Source: Candidatus Lustribacter sp. (GTDB lineage Bacteria; Vulcanimicrobiota; Vulcanimicrobiia; Vulcanimicrobiales; Vulcanimicrobiaceae). From it: DNA of 64,000 bases. The notes under the pieces were generated by a model. The model was not told the origin of the DNA, did not search any database, and worked only from the letters and a program-made list of their open reading frames with translations. The translations under genes and the position numbers were made by a program. Location of the stretch: positions 4,192,001 to 4,256,000 of the forward strand of contig OZ255842.1 of NCBI GenBank assembly GCA_965277805.1, read 5' to 3'. Shown here one piece after another: positions 30,631 through 40,477 of the stretch (the stretch's first letter is position 1; each line of letters begins with the position of its first letter).

Positions 30631-32355
30631 TTAGCGGATCAAGGTGCCGTCGGGGTCGACGCTGACGCCGTAATCGCTTGCGGCTGCTTCGGGGGTGATG
30701 TAGCCGCGTTTGAGATCGAGCGCGATCGCATCGAGCGAGCGCCCGCGCGGATCGCCGTAGCCGCCGCCGCCGCCGGTTTCGATGATCACGCTGTCGCCGG
30801 CTTGCAGCGGGTAGCCCTCGACCTTCGAGGCGACTTCTTCGCGGCCGTCTTTGCGGCGCACGATGGCGCGCCCGGGTTTGGCCGTGCCGCCGCCGAGCAC
30901 GCCCCACGGCGGACAGCGCAGGCGCTCGTAGTTCGTGTTGAGCGTGCAATCGGCCAGCACGCGATAGCGTTTGCGAAAGCCCATGCCGCCGCGATAGGTG
31001 CCCGCACCGCCGGAATCTTCGCGCAGCGAAAACTCTTCGAGCAGATACGGATACATCGATTCTTGCAATTCGACCGGGATGATGCGCGTGTCGCCGTGCG
31101 CCATCGTGCGAAACGGACCGGCTCCGTCGTGCGTCGCGCACGCGCCCCAGCCGCCGTGGCCCGAGTCGTAGCATTGAAACGGCGAGCCGTCGGGATTCTT
31201 GCCGATGAAGCGCAAGGATGAGAACGTGCCGAAGTGCGCGCCGGTGACGCGCGCAGGCAGCGCGTGCTCGAGCGCCTTGATGAACGTGTCGATGATCGTC
31301 GGGAACGGGAACGAGTAGTTGCTCATCGGCGCGGTCTGCTTCGCGCTGATCAGCTTACCGTCGGGCAAGATCAGCTTAATCGGGCGGAACATCCCTTCGT
31401 TCGCCGGTTCATCGACGGCGATGAGATACTTGAACGCAACACGCGCAACGGTTCGGCCGCCGCCGTAGCGGCCGGAGTTGATCGAGCCCGGCACCTCGTC
31501 GGCCATCTCGGAAAAGTCGACGGTGAGGTCGTCGCCGGCGACGATCACCTTCACCTTGATCGGGATGTTTTCCAAACCCGCGCCGTCGTCGTCGAGGAAC
31601 GATTCGGCCGCATACGTGCCGTCGGGAATCGCGCGAATCTTCTCGCGCGCGGCGGCTTCGGTTTGATCGAGGATCGTCGCGACCGCGCTCAGGTACGTCG
31701 GCACGCCGTATTTATCGGCGACGCGTCCGGTGAGATCGCAGCCGAGCAGACAGCCCGCAAGCTGCGCGCCGATGTCGCCCATCACCTCGAGCGGAAACCG
31801 CGTATTGCTCTCGATGATGCGGTACATCTCTTCGACCGGTTCGCCGTTCGACCACAGCTTGACGGTGCGCAGCTGCAGGCCTTCCATGAAGATGTCGCGC
31901 GCTTTCATCGAGAGCGAGCCGACGGTCATGCCGCCGATGTCGAACCAGTGCGCGTTGATCGCGAAGAAGCCGATCAGCTCTTGGCGCTGCGGCCCGGCGT
32001 AGATCGGCGTGTACATCACGGTGTTGTTGAGATGCTGGCCCTGGATCGCCGCGTGGTTGCAGAGCACGACGTCGCCATGACGCAGCCGTTCTTTTCCATA
32101 CGTCGCTAGGCCGTCGCGCACGGCCATGCCGATCGAGTCGGCCACGAACACCGGCATCGCGCCGGTCGATTGCGCGAGCAGCTCGCCGTCCGGACCGGCG
32201 AGGCCTACGGCGTAATCTTTGTATTCGTAGATGTACGCGCTGTACGCAGTGCGCGTCATGTTGGCGTCGATCTGATCGGCGATCGAGATGATCCCGTGGC
32301 GAATCACTTCGAGCGTGACGGGATCGACGCGCAGGCGTTCGGCCGTGGCACTCAT
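30631..32355 (-). CDS. hydantoinase B / oxoprolinase family protein
   Basis: 'DP.TLE', 'RTAYS..I.E..D', 'H..D.GG', 'EG', 'SGG.G..RGG.G' and 'GGGGYGDP'. Confidence 0.93.
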   Translation of the reverse strand: MSATAERLRVDPVTLEVIRHGIISIADQIDANMTRTAYSAYIYEYKDYAVGLAGPDGELLAQSTGAMPVFVADSIGMAVRDGLATYGKERLRHGDVVLCNHAAIQGQHLNNTVMYTPIYAGPQRQELIGFFAINAHWFDIGGMTVGSLSMKARDIFMEGLQLRTVKLWSNGEPVEEMYRIIESNTRFPLEVMGDIGAQLAGCLLGCDLTGRVADKYGVPTYLSAVATILDQTEAAAREKIRAIPDGTYAAESFLDDDGAGLENIPIKVKVIVAGDDLTVDFSEMADEVPGSINSGRYGGGRTVARVAFKYLIAVDEPANEGMFRPIKLILPDGKLISAKQTAPMSNYSFPFPTIIDTFIKALEHALPARVTGAHFGTFSSLRFIGKNPDGSPFQCYDSGHGGWGACATHDGAGPFRTMAHGDTRIIPVELQESMYPYLLEEFSLREDSGGAGTYRGGMGFRKRYRVLADCTLNTNYERLRCPPWGVLGGGTAKPGRAIVRRKDGREEVASKVEGYPLQAGDSVIIETGGGGGYGDPRGRSLDAIALDLKRGYITPEAAASDYGVSVDPDGTLIR

Positions 32356-34418
32356 ACCGGTGCGCGCTCCTCGTATTTGCAATCGATGCGAATCTCGCGC
32401 AGCGTGCCGATCGTGAACCGGTCGCCCGGCCACACGAGCGTCGTCGAACCGTATTCTTCCAGCAGGGCGGGCCCGGTGCCGGTTGCGCCGGGCTCGAGCG
32501 CGTAGCGATCGTAGACGGTGGTCTCGAGCATGCCGCCCGCATCGGCGAAGTACACCATACGCGTCGTCGTCGCCGCGCGGCCGCCGGTTGCGCGCGGCAG
32601 GCGCGCGATCTCCGGGCCGTCGAGTTCCGCGAAACCCGAGAGATGGAGCGCCTGAAATTCCGCCGGTGCGTCGGCATCGGCGTGACCATAACGGCGCAGG
32701 TAGTCGCGTTCGAACGCGGTCCGGATCGCCGCCGCATCGGCACCCTGCGCGATCGGCACCTTGATGTTGTGACGCTGTCCGCGGTAGCGCATTTCCGCGA
32801 ACCGTTCGGGGCGGAACGTTTTCGCGCCGAACTCCAAAGCCAGCGCCGCGGCCATGTCGCGTTCGAGCGTCGCGAAGGCCGACTCGAGCCGGCCGAGCGT
32901 TTGTTCGGCGAGCGGTTCGGTGAACGTGATCGCATCGTCGAGCCGCGCGTCCGCGAGCAGCATGCCGGTGGCGGAAAACGTGCCTGGCTCCGGCGGAACG
33001 ATCACGGTTGGGATCGAGAGCTCGTGCGCGAGCGCGGAGCCGTGCAGCGGCCCGCCGCCGCCGTAGCAGAACAGGACGAAATCGCGCGGGTCGTGTCCGT
33101 GTTCGACCGAGATGCGCCGCAGCGCGCCGGCCATCACGACCGTCGCGATCGAGAGAATGCCGTCGGCCATCCGCACGACGCCCTCATCGTCGGCGTAATC
33201 GAGCGGCCGCGCGATGTGTTCCTCGATCGCGTTGCGCGCGGCGGCAACGTCGAGCGCGAGTTCGCCGCCGAGAAAGTTCTGCGCGTTGATCCGGCCCAGA
33301 ACGAGATTCGCATCGGTAACCGTGGGCTGCGTTCCGCCACGCCCGTAACACACCGGACCCGGTGTTGAGCCGGCGCTCTGCGGTCCGACGTGCAAGCGCT
33401 TCTGCGCATCGAGCCACGCGATCGAACCGCCGCCCGAACCCACTTCGACGATATCGACGACCGGTGACTTCACCGGAAATCCGTACTTGTATCCGCCCGC
33501 GTAGTACACCGAATCGACGGCGAAGCGGCCGGACTCGACCAGCGCGCACTTGGCGGTGGTGCCGCCCATGTCGAAGGCGATCACGTTGTCGTAACCGAGC
33601 GCACGCGCGTAGGCGCCGGCGCCGATGCAGCCGCCGACCGGACCGCTCTCGACCAGCGCGATCGGCTGGCGGCACGTGCGGTCGATCGAGAGCACGCCGC
33701 CGTTCGAACCCATCATGTAGAGGCTGCCGGTGAAGCCGCCGGTGGTGAGATCGGCTTCGATGCGCCGGATGTATTTACTCACACTCGGGCCGACGTAAGC
33801 ATTCGCGGCGACGGTCGACGTGCGCTCGTACTCATACCACTCGCGCGTCAATTCGGTGCTGTGCGTGATGAAGACACCGGGCAGAAGACGCCGCAGCGCT
33901 TCAGCCGCCGCAACTTCATGCTCCGGGTTCGCGAATGAGTGCATGAAGAAGATCGCCACCGACTCGACGTCCGACGCGCGCAATGTCTCGGCGAGCTGCG
34001 CCAACGCGTCGAGGTCGAGCGGCACGACGACTTCGCCGCGTCCGTTCATGCGCTCGGGCACTTCGAACCGCAACTCGCGCGGAACGAGCGGTTCGTCTCG
34101 GCGGTAGTGCAAGTCGAACGGATCGGGCCGGTTACCGCGCGCGATCTCGAGCACGTCGCGAAAGCCGGCCGTCGTCACGAGCGCGGTGCGCGCGCCGTTG
34201 CGCTGCACGATCGCGTTGATCACGAGCGTCGTGCCGTGATTGACCAGCGCCGCTTCCTGCGGCGAAAGCGAAACCTTGCCGAAGCATTCCATGATGCCGT
34301 CGGCGAAATTTCCATACGTGGTCGGCGCTTTGGTGTAGAGTACCCGGTTCGTGGCCCGGTCGAAGGCGACGAGGTCGGTGAACGTTCCGCCGATATCGAC
34401 GGCGACGAGGTATGCCAT
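32352..34418 (-). CDS. hydantoinase A / oxoprolinase family protein
   Basis: 'DIGGTFTD', 'HGTT...NA', 'EYER.ST', 'SGP.GG', 'DMGGT', 'GP.SAG..PGP.CY..GG..PT.TDA'. Confidence 0.94.
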   Translation of the reverse strand: MAYLVAVDIGGTFTDLVAFDRATNRVLYTKAPTTYGNFADGIMECFGKVSLSPQEAALVNHGTTLVINAIVQRNGARTALVTTAGFRDVLEIARGNRPDPFDLHYRRDEPLVPRELRFEVPERMNGRGEVVVPLDLDALAQLAETLRASDVESVAIFFMHSFANPEHEVAAAEALRRLLPGVFITHSTELTREWYEYERTSTVAANAYVGPSVSKYIRRIEADLTTGGFTGSLYMMGSNGGVLSIDRTCRQPIALVESGPVGGCIGAGAYARALGYDNVIAFDMGGTTAKCALVESGRFAVDSVYYAGGYKYGFPVKSPVVDIVEVGSGGGSIAWLDAQKRLHVGPQSAGSTPGPVCYGRGGTQPTVTDANLVLGRINAQNFLGGELALDVAAARNAIEEHIARPLDYADDEGVVRMADGILSIATVVMAGALRRISVEHGHDPRDFVLFCYGGGGPLHGSALAHELSIPTVIVPPEPGTFSATGMLLADARLDDAITFTEPLAEQTLGRLESAFATLERDMAAALALEFGAKTFRPERFAEMRYRGQRHNIKVPIAQGADAAAIRTAFERDYLRRYGHADADAPAEFQALHLSGFAELDGPEIARLPRATGGRAATTTRMVYFADAGGMLETTVYDRYALEPGATGTGPALLEEYGSTTLVWPGDRFTIGTLREIRIDCKYEERAPV

Positions 34419-34491
34419 CAGAGGCGGTGGTTCAACGCGGTTGGGGACACCCCGATAGGATACGCGATGGTCGTGTGAAACGCAACGAACG

Positions 34492-35424
34492 ATGAAGACA
34501 CTTGCCGTGAGCTTGCTGGCGCTGGCAATTGGCGCCCTTTCGAGCGTGCCGGTGCAAAGCGCGCCGCTCACCATCAACGTCATCAGCCTGCCGAGCGACA
34601 CCGCAGGGACGCTCTATTACGCCGACGAGCTCGGCTATTTCAAGGCCGCCGGTCTCGACGTGAAGATCACGGACATGACGGCGAGCCCGCCGATCGTAGC
34701 GGCCGTGGCATCGGGCGCGGGTGATATCGGTTTCTCGGTCGTTACGTCGACGGCGGTCGCCCACGAACGCGGCATTCCGGTGCGTTTCATCGCGCCGGGC
34801 GCGATGTGGCTAACGGTCAACGGCACAGCTCAGCTGGTCGTCGCCAAGGATTCGCCGCTGCAGAGCGGTGCAAGCTTCAACGGCAAAACGATCGCCGTCA
34901 CCGGGCTTGCCGATCTCACCTACTACGGCACCAAGGAGTGGCTCGACAAGAACGGCTGCGATACCTCGACCGTCAAGTGGGTCGAGCTGCCGTTTCCGCA
35001 AATGGCTGCCGCCGTCGGGCAGCACCGCATCGACGGTGCGATGATCGCCGAACCATTTCTCGAGGCCTCGAAGCCGCTGGTGAAATTCGTCGCCCCGGTC
35101 GACGATGCGGTCGCACCGCGCTTCATGTCGACCGGCTGGATCGCAACCGACGCGTGGATCAAAGCGCACCCGGTCGAAGCGGCGAAATTCGCCGACGTCA
35201 TGATCAAGGCCGCAGCCTGGGCGAACACGCATCAGAAAGAATCCGCGCAGATCTTGATGCACCATACGCAGATCACGCCCGAAACCGCTGCGTCGATGAG
35301 CCGCGTCGGTTACGCAACCTCGCTCGATCCGAAACTCTTGCAACCGTCGATCGATACCGCCGCCAAGTACTCGAGCACGCCGATGCGTGACACACCCGCA
35401 AGCGAATTGATCTGGAGGCCTTGA
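34492..35424 (+). CDS. ABC transporter substrate-binding protein, SsuA/NMT1-THI5 type
   Basis: Signal peptide; 'G.F...GLDV', 'GKTIAV', 'ELPF' and 'RID....EP'. Confidence 0.88.
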   Translation: MKTLAVSLLALAIGALSSVPVQSAPLTINVISLPSDTAGTLYYADELGYFKAAGLDVKITDMTASPPIVAAVASGAGDIGFSVVTSTAVAHERGIPVRFIAPGAMWLTVNGTAQLVVAKDSPLQSGASFNGKTIAVTGLADLTYYGTKEWLDKNGCDTSTVKWVELPFPQMAAAVGQHRIDGAMIAEPFLEASKPLVKFVAPVDDAVAPRFMSTGWIATDAWIKAHPVEAAKFADVMIKAAAWANTHQKESAQILMHHTQITPETAASMSRVGYATSLDPKLLQPSIDTAAKYSSTPMRDTPASELIWRP

Positions 35425-36371
35425 TGACCACCCGCACCACATTCCTCGCTGGAACGGCTGCAGCCGGCACCGCGCTCGCCGCGGGACTTCGCCCGGCACC
35501 CGCCTTGGCCGCACCGACCACGATCCGCGTCGCCTTTCTCCCGATCGTCGACGAGTTGCCGCTCTACGTCGGCATCGATCAGGGCATCTTCAAAAATCAC
35601 AACCTCGACGTCTCGGCATTCGCGGTCGTCAATCAGACCGTGCTGGTCGACGCGCTGCAATCGGGTTCGGCGGAAATGGGGACCGCGGTCCTGGTCTCGA
35701 TGCTGCCCGCGCAAGAGAGCGGGATCAAGCTCGCGGTCGTCGCCACCTGCGTCGCGTTCCCGGTACCGAAAAACGTCGGCGTGCTGGCGCGCACCGGCCT
35801 CGACGTCAAATCGGCCAAGGATCTCATCGGGAAGAAAGTCGGATTGCCGTCGCTCAAGTCGTACTTTCAAGTGATGGTCGTGCGCTGGCTGACCGAGAAG
35901 AACGTCGATTCCTCGAAGGTCACGTTCGTCGAGGTCCCGTTTCCGAACGGCTCCGATCTCTTGAAAGCGGGCCAAATCGATGCGCTCGTAACCGTCGACC
36001 CGTTCTACCATAAAATTCTCGATGCGAAGATCGGCTATCAGTTCGACGAGTTCGAAGCGACCGTGCCGAACGGCACGATCGTCGACTGCTACGCGACGAC
36101 GAAAGACTGGGCGGTCAAGAACATCGCGGCCGTGCACGCATTCCGCGACGGCTGCGCGGAAGCGATTGCCTGGATCAAGGCCAACGATACGGCCGCGCGC
36201 GCGATCTTGGCGAAGTGGACGAAGCTGCCGCCGGCCGTCGTGGCCGATACCGCGATTCCGAATTTCAGCGTGCCGGTCAGCGCGGCGCAGGTTCAGTGGT
36301 GGATCGACCTCGCCAAAAAGCAAGGGCTGATCACCTCGAACATCAACCCGCGCGACATGCTCGTTACCTAA
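35424..36371 (+). CDS. ABC transporter substrate-binding protein, SsuA/NMT1-THI5 type
   Basis: Tat-like leader TRTTFL; 'DL.GKKVG', 'EVPF' and 'G.IDA....DP'. Confidence 0.88.
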   Translation: MTTRTTFLAGTAAAGTALAAGLRPAPALAAPTTIRVAFLPIVDELPLYVGIDQGIFKNHNLDVSAFAVVNQTVLVDALQSGSAEMGTAVLVSMLPAQESGIKLAVVATCVAFPVPKNVGVLARTGLDVKSAKDLIGKKVGLPSLKSYFQVMVVRWLTEKNVDSSKVTFVEVPFPNGSDLLKAGQIDALVTVDPFYHKILDAKIGYQFDEFEATVPNGTIVDCYATTKDWAVKNIAAVHAFRDGCAEAIAWIKANDTAARAILAKWTKLPPAVVADTAIPNFSVPVSAAQVQWWIDLAKKQGLITSNINPRDMLVT

Positions 36372-37122
36372 TTCGCCACCTGAGAAGGCGCGCTTCGATC
36401 GCAAAGAGTGCTTGCGCGGTGATGTAGCCGAGCGCGCCGAGCAGCACGACGCCCGCGTAGAGATCGGGCGAATGAAACGTGCGCGCCGCGATGAGGATGC
36501 CGCTGCCGAGACCCGGGCGCGATGCGAGCATTTCGCCGACGACCGCCAGGATCAGCGACACGGTCAAGCTCAAGCGCATGCCGGAGAGAATGTCGGGAAG
36601 CGAGCTCGGCAGCGCGATCTTCCAGATGACCGCAAGGCGCGTCATGCCGAGCGCGCGCGACACCTCGTAGAGACAGGGTTCGACCGCGGCGAAGCCGTGC
36701 ACCGTTGCCAGCAGCGTCGGCCACAGCGCGCCGAACGCGATCACGCTCAGGACCATGTTGTCGGAGAGGCCGAAGAGCACGATGCCGAGCGGCACGACGG
36801 CCGATGCCGGCAGCGGACGCAAGAATTCGAGCGTCGGGCCGAGATACGCGCGCGCCGGCCGCGACAAGCCGATGCACGCACCGATGATGATGCCGGCGAG
36901 CGATGCCAACAGCCAGCCCACGAGCATGCGCTGCACCGTGTTCCACACCTGATCGGGAAACGCGCCGCTAGCGAAGCCGCGCACCAGCGCACCCCACGTG
37001 CGATCGGGCCCCGGCAAATACACGGGCGAGATCAGATGCGCGTTCGCCAGCAACTGCCAGACCGCGATGAAGAACGCGCCGACCAGAAAGCTGCCGAGCC
37101 GCCAGCCGATGCGCGTCTTCAC
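36364..37122 (-). CDS. ABC transporter permease (SsuC/TauC type)
   Basis: Six TM helices; 'LRPLP', EAA-like 'E.SRALG', 'I.LP', 'GE....GLG'. Confidence 0.92.
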   Translation of the reverse strand: MKTRIGWRLGSFLVGAFFIAVWQLLANAHLISPVYLPGPDRTWGALVRGFASGAFPDQVWNTVQRMLVGWLLASLAGIIIGACIGLSRPARAYLGPTLEFLRPLPASAVVPLGIVLFGLSDNMVLSVIAFGALWPTLLATVHGFAAVEPCLYEVSRALGMTRLAVIWKIALPSSLPDILSGMRLSLTVSLILAVVGEMLASRPGLGSGILIAARTFHSPDLYAGVVLLGALGYITAQALFAIEARLLRWRIR

Positions 37123-37889
37123 GGCGCCGTGCGCGCCTGCGCCGCGCGGCCGAAGAAGCGCCGCTGCGCACCATTGATGGTGAGATTCAACGTCCAGCCG
37201 ACGATGCCGATCCAGAGCAGATACGCCAGCATCAAGTCGGGGTGCAGCGACTGCTCGGCCAGCATCATGTTGTAGCCGAGGCCCAACGGATTAGCCGACA
37301 CTTCGACCGTGACGGCGACCGTCAGCGCGATTCCGGCCGCGAGCCGAAACGCGACGAAGATGCGCGGCAGCGCGGCGGGCAACACGATCTTCAGCGTGCG
37401 CGCGAACGGATCCAACCGCAACACGCGCGCGAGGTCGAGCAGGCCCCGATCGACGCCGCCGACCGCGCTGCGCGTCAAGATCAGCACCGGCCAAAACGCC
37501 GCGAACGAAACGATCGCGATCTCCATCCGGAAGCCGAACCCGAACGTCAACATCGCGACCGGAATCAGCGCGACCGACGGGATCGGCCGCAGCGCTTCGA
37601 CCGAGAATTCCATCAGGCGGTCGGCCACGATGCTGCTTCCGAGCAGAACGCCGCAGATCAGCCCGGCGATGCCGCCGAGCGCGAGCCCGCCGAACGCGTT
37701 GGCCAGCGTTTGCAGCGTTGCGACGAGGATGCTGCCGTCGGCAAACGCGCCCGCGCCCGCCACGAGTACGGCTGCCGGCGACGCCAGCGAATCGCTTTGC
37801 AGGCGCACGGCCATCGCGGCGATTTGCGCGACGGCGATCAGCGCCACCGGGAACGCGAGCCCGCGCAATGCGGCTGCCGCGCGTTTCAT
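37119..37889 (-). CDS. ABC transporter permease (SsuC/TauC type)
   Basis: 'LRPIP.VA.IP', 'KIVLPAALP.I', 'E......GLG'. Confidence 0.92.
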   Translation of the reverse strand: MKRAAAALRGLAFPVALIAVAQIAAMAVRLQSDSLASPAAVLVAGAGAFADGSILVATLQTLANAFGGLALGGIAGLICGVLLGSSIVADRLMEFSVEALRPIPSVALIPVAMLTFGFGFRMEIAIVSFAAFWPVLILTRSAVGGVDRGLLDLARVLRLDPFARTLKIVLPAALPRIFVAFRLAAGIALTVAVTVEVSANPLGLGYNMMLAEQSLHPDLMLAYLLWIGIVGWTLNLTINGAQRRFFGRAAQARTAP

Positions 37890-38638
37890 GCGTCGGCATC
37901 CTTGATGAAATCAAATAGGTGCCGGCGCAGCCGGGCAAACTCCGGGTCTTCGCGCGTCGTCAGCTGGTCGCGCGGCCGCGGCAGCGCGACCGCGACGTCG
38001 CTTGCGATGCGGCCCGGATGCGGCAAGAGCCCGATCACGCGACTGCCGAGGTAGACCGCCTCTTCTAGATCGTGCGTCACGAAAAATACGGTCGCGCCGC
38101 TGGCGGCGACGATCGAGAGCACTTCGTCCTGCAGCGTCTGGCGCGTCATCGCATCGAGCGCCCCGAACGGTTCGTCCATCAGCAGCACCTTCGGCTCTTG
38201 CGCGAGGCAGCGCGCGATCTGCAAACGCTGCTGCATGCCGCCCGAGAGCTCGTTCGGATACTTCTCGGCCTTCTCGCTCAAGCCGACGGTGGCGAGCGCC
38301 GCGGCGATGCGCGCCGGCCGTGCCTCTTTCGGCACGCCGAGCGCTTCGAGCGCGAGCGACACGTTGCCGGCCACCGTGCGCCACGGCAAAAGCGCCCGGC
38401 CGTAGTCCTGAAACATCACCGCGATGTCGGCGCGCGGCTCGACGACGCGTTTGCCCGCGTAACGCACCTCGCCCGCCGTCGGTTCGAGCAGCCCGCCCAG
38501 CAGTCGCAGCATCGTCGTCTTACCGCAGCCCGAGGGTCCGACCACGCACACGAAGTCACCGGGCTCGATGTGCAGGTCGATCCCGGTGAGGATCGGCGCA
38601 CCGCCCAACGTGACGCTGACCCGGTCGAACTCAATCAC
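37886..38638 (-). CDS. ABC transporter ATP-binding protein (SsuB/TauB type)
   Basis: GPSGCGKT, LSGGMQQR, LLMDEPF and VTHD. Confidence 0.95.
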   Translation of the reverse strand: MIEFDRVSVTLGGAPILTGIDLHIEPGDFVCVVGPSGCGKTTMLRLLGGLLEPTAGEVRYAGKRVVEPRADIAVMFQDYGRALLPWRTVAGNVSLALEALGVPKEARPARIAAALATVGLSEKAEKYPNELSGGMQQRLQIARCLAQEPKVLLMDEPFGALDAMTRQTLQDEVLSIVAASGATVFFVTHDLEEAVYLGSRVIGLLPHPGRIASDVAVALPRPRDQLTTREDPEFARLRRHLFDFIKDADA

Positions 38639-38666
38639 TGAGTGCTCTGCTGTCTCGATTGTGGCG

Positions 38667-38690
38667 GTCCCTCGACAAGCTCGGGATGAC
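38667..38690. repeat. REP-like palindrome (single copy in window)
   Basis: GTCCCTCGACAAGCTCGGGATGAC forms an imperfect hairpin resembling the widespread GTCATCCYGAGCTTGTCGA-type extragenic palindromes; sits just after the aspS stop. Confidence 0.5.
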
Positions 38691-38698
38691 GATAGAGG

Positions 38699-40477
38699 TT
38701 AGCTGGTTGGTTTGACGCGGATTTGGATGCCGAGTTCGCGCAGCGAGGTTTCGGGGACGCTCGAGGGCGTCTCCATCATCACGTCGCGCGCCGACTGGTT
38801 TTTCGGGAACGCGATCACGTCGCGAATATTCGTCGTGCCGCACGCGAGCATCACGATGCGGTCGATGCCCAGCGCCATGCCGCCGTGAGGCGGGGCGCCG
38901 AAACGCAACGCTTCGAGGAAGAAGCCGAAGCGGTCGTCGATCTGTTCCTCGGTCAGCCCCAAACGCTGGAACACCTTGCGCTGAAACTCCGGGTTGTGAT
39001 TACGAATCGACCCGCTGCCGAGCTCGTAGCCGTTGAGCACGAGATCGTAGTGCTGCGCCGTCACCGCCAGCGGTTCGGAATCGAAGAGCGCCTGCTGGCC
39101 GGGTGCCGGCGAGGTGAACGGATGGTGCGAGAACGTGATCTCGCCGTTGTCCTCGAGCTCGAAGAGCGGGAAGCCGCGCACCCAGCAAAATTTGAAGATC
39201 GCCGGATCGCGCAAGCCGAGCCGATCGCCGATTTCGAGCCGCAACTTGCCGGCGATATCGGACGCTTCTTTCGCGCGCTCGCCGACAAAGAGGATCGCAT
39301 CGCCGTTCTCGGCCAGCGTTTCCGCGCGCAACGCGGCGATCGTCGCATCGCCGAGAAACTTCACGATCGGACCCTTCGCACCGTCGGCCGCCAGCGTGAT
39401 GTAGGCTAAGCCTTTCGCACCGAACGACTTCGCCGTCTCCGTAAGCGCGTCGAACTCGCGCCGCGATAACGACGCGCCGCCCGGGAAGCGCAACGCGATG
39501 ACGCGGTTGCCCGGCGTCTCCGACAGCGTGTGGAAGAGCGTGAAGTCGCTGCCCCGGAAGAGCTCCGCCACGTCGGTCAGTTCGAGACCGAAGCGCAAGT
39601 CGGGTTTGTCCGAACCGTAGCGGCGCATCGCTTCGTGGTAGGTGAACTGCGGGATCTCGCCCTCGATCGGCTTTTCGAGCGCGCGCGCCCACACGTCGCG
39701 CACGCAGCCTTCCATCATCGCCATCACGTCGGCTTCGCTGACGAACGACATCTCGACGTCGATTTGGGTGAACTCCGGCTGACGATCGGCGCGCGGGTCT
39801 TCGTCGCGGAAGCAGCGCGCGATCTGCATGTAGCGTCCGAGCCCGCCGATCATCAGCAATTGCTTGAGGATCTGCGGCGACTGCGGCAGCGCGTAGAACG
39901 TGCCGGGGTAGATGCGGCTCGGCACCAAGTAGTCGCGCGCACCTTCGGGCGTCGACTTGATCAGGATCGGCGTTTCGATCTCGAGGAACTCGTGGTCGTC
40001 GAAGTAGTCGCGCATCGTCTTGATGATGCGATGGCGCACGGTGAGGTTGTTCTGCATCCGCGGGCGGCGCAGATCGAGATAGCGGTACTTGAGGCGCACG
40101 TTCTCATCGACGTCGTCTTCGGACGAAACGACGAACGGCGGCGTTTCCGCTTTGTTGAGGATCTCAAGCGCCTGCACCGGCACTTCGATCGCACCGGTCG
40201 CGAGCTTCGGGTTCACGGTGCCTTCGGGCCGCAGGCGCACGCGCCCGTGCACGCGCACGACGAACTCGCTGCGCAGCGTTTCGGCCGTCTTGAACGTCGC
40301 GGCGTCGGCCGGATCGAAGGTGATCTGCGTAATGCCGTCGCGATCGCGCAGATCGATGAAGATCAAACCGCCGTGATCGCGGCGGCGGTGCACCCAACCG
40401 TTGAGTTCGACGTTTTTGTCAACGTCGTTCGCGCTGAGCGCTCCACAGGAAACGCGCGCAAAGTCAGGATGGGTCAC
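38699..40477 (-). CDS. aspS: aspartate--tRNA(Asp/Asn) ligase
   Basis: 'GWV.RRRDHGG..F.DLRD', 'YRYLDLRR', 'STPEGARD', 'LPQSPQ', 'RQPEFTQ.D' and 'PPHGG...G.DR'. Confidence 0.98.
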   Translation of the reverse strand: MTHPDFARVSCGALSANDVDKNVELNGWVHRRRDHGGLIFIDLRDRDGITQITFDPADAATFKTAETLRSEFVVRVHGRVRLRPEGTVNPKLATGAIEVPVQALEILNKAETPPFVVSSEDDVDENVRLKYRYLDLRRPRMQNNLTVRHRIIKTMRDYFDDHEFLEIETPILIKSTPEGARDYLVPSRIYPGTFYALPQSPQILKQLLMIGGLGRYMQIARCFRDEDPRADRQPEFTQIDVEMSFVSEADVMAMMEGCVRDVWARALEKPIEGEIPQFTYHEAMRRYGSDKPDLRFGLELTDVAELFRGSDFTLFHTLSETPGNRVIALRFPGGASLSRREFDALTETAKSFGAKGLAYITLAADGAKGPIVKFLGDATIAALRAETLAENGDAILFVGERAKEASDIAGKLRLEIGDRLGLRDPAIFKFCWVRGFPLFELEDNGEITFSHHPFTSPAPGQQALFDSEPLAVTAQHYDLVLNGYELGSGSIRNHNPEFQRKVFQRLGLTEEQIDDRFGFFLEALRFGAPPHGGMALGIDRIVMLACGTTNIRDVIAFPKNQSARDVMMETPSSVPETSLRELGIQIRVKPTS

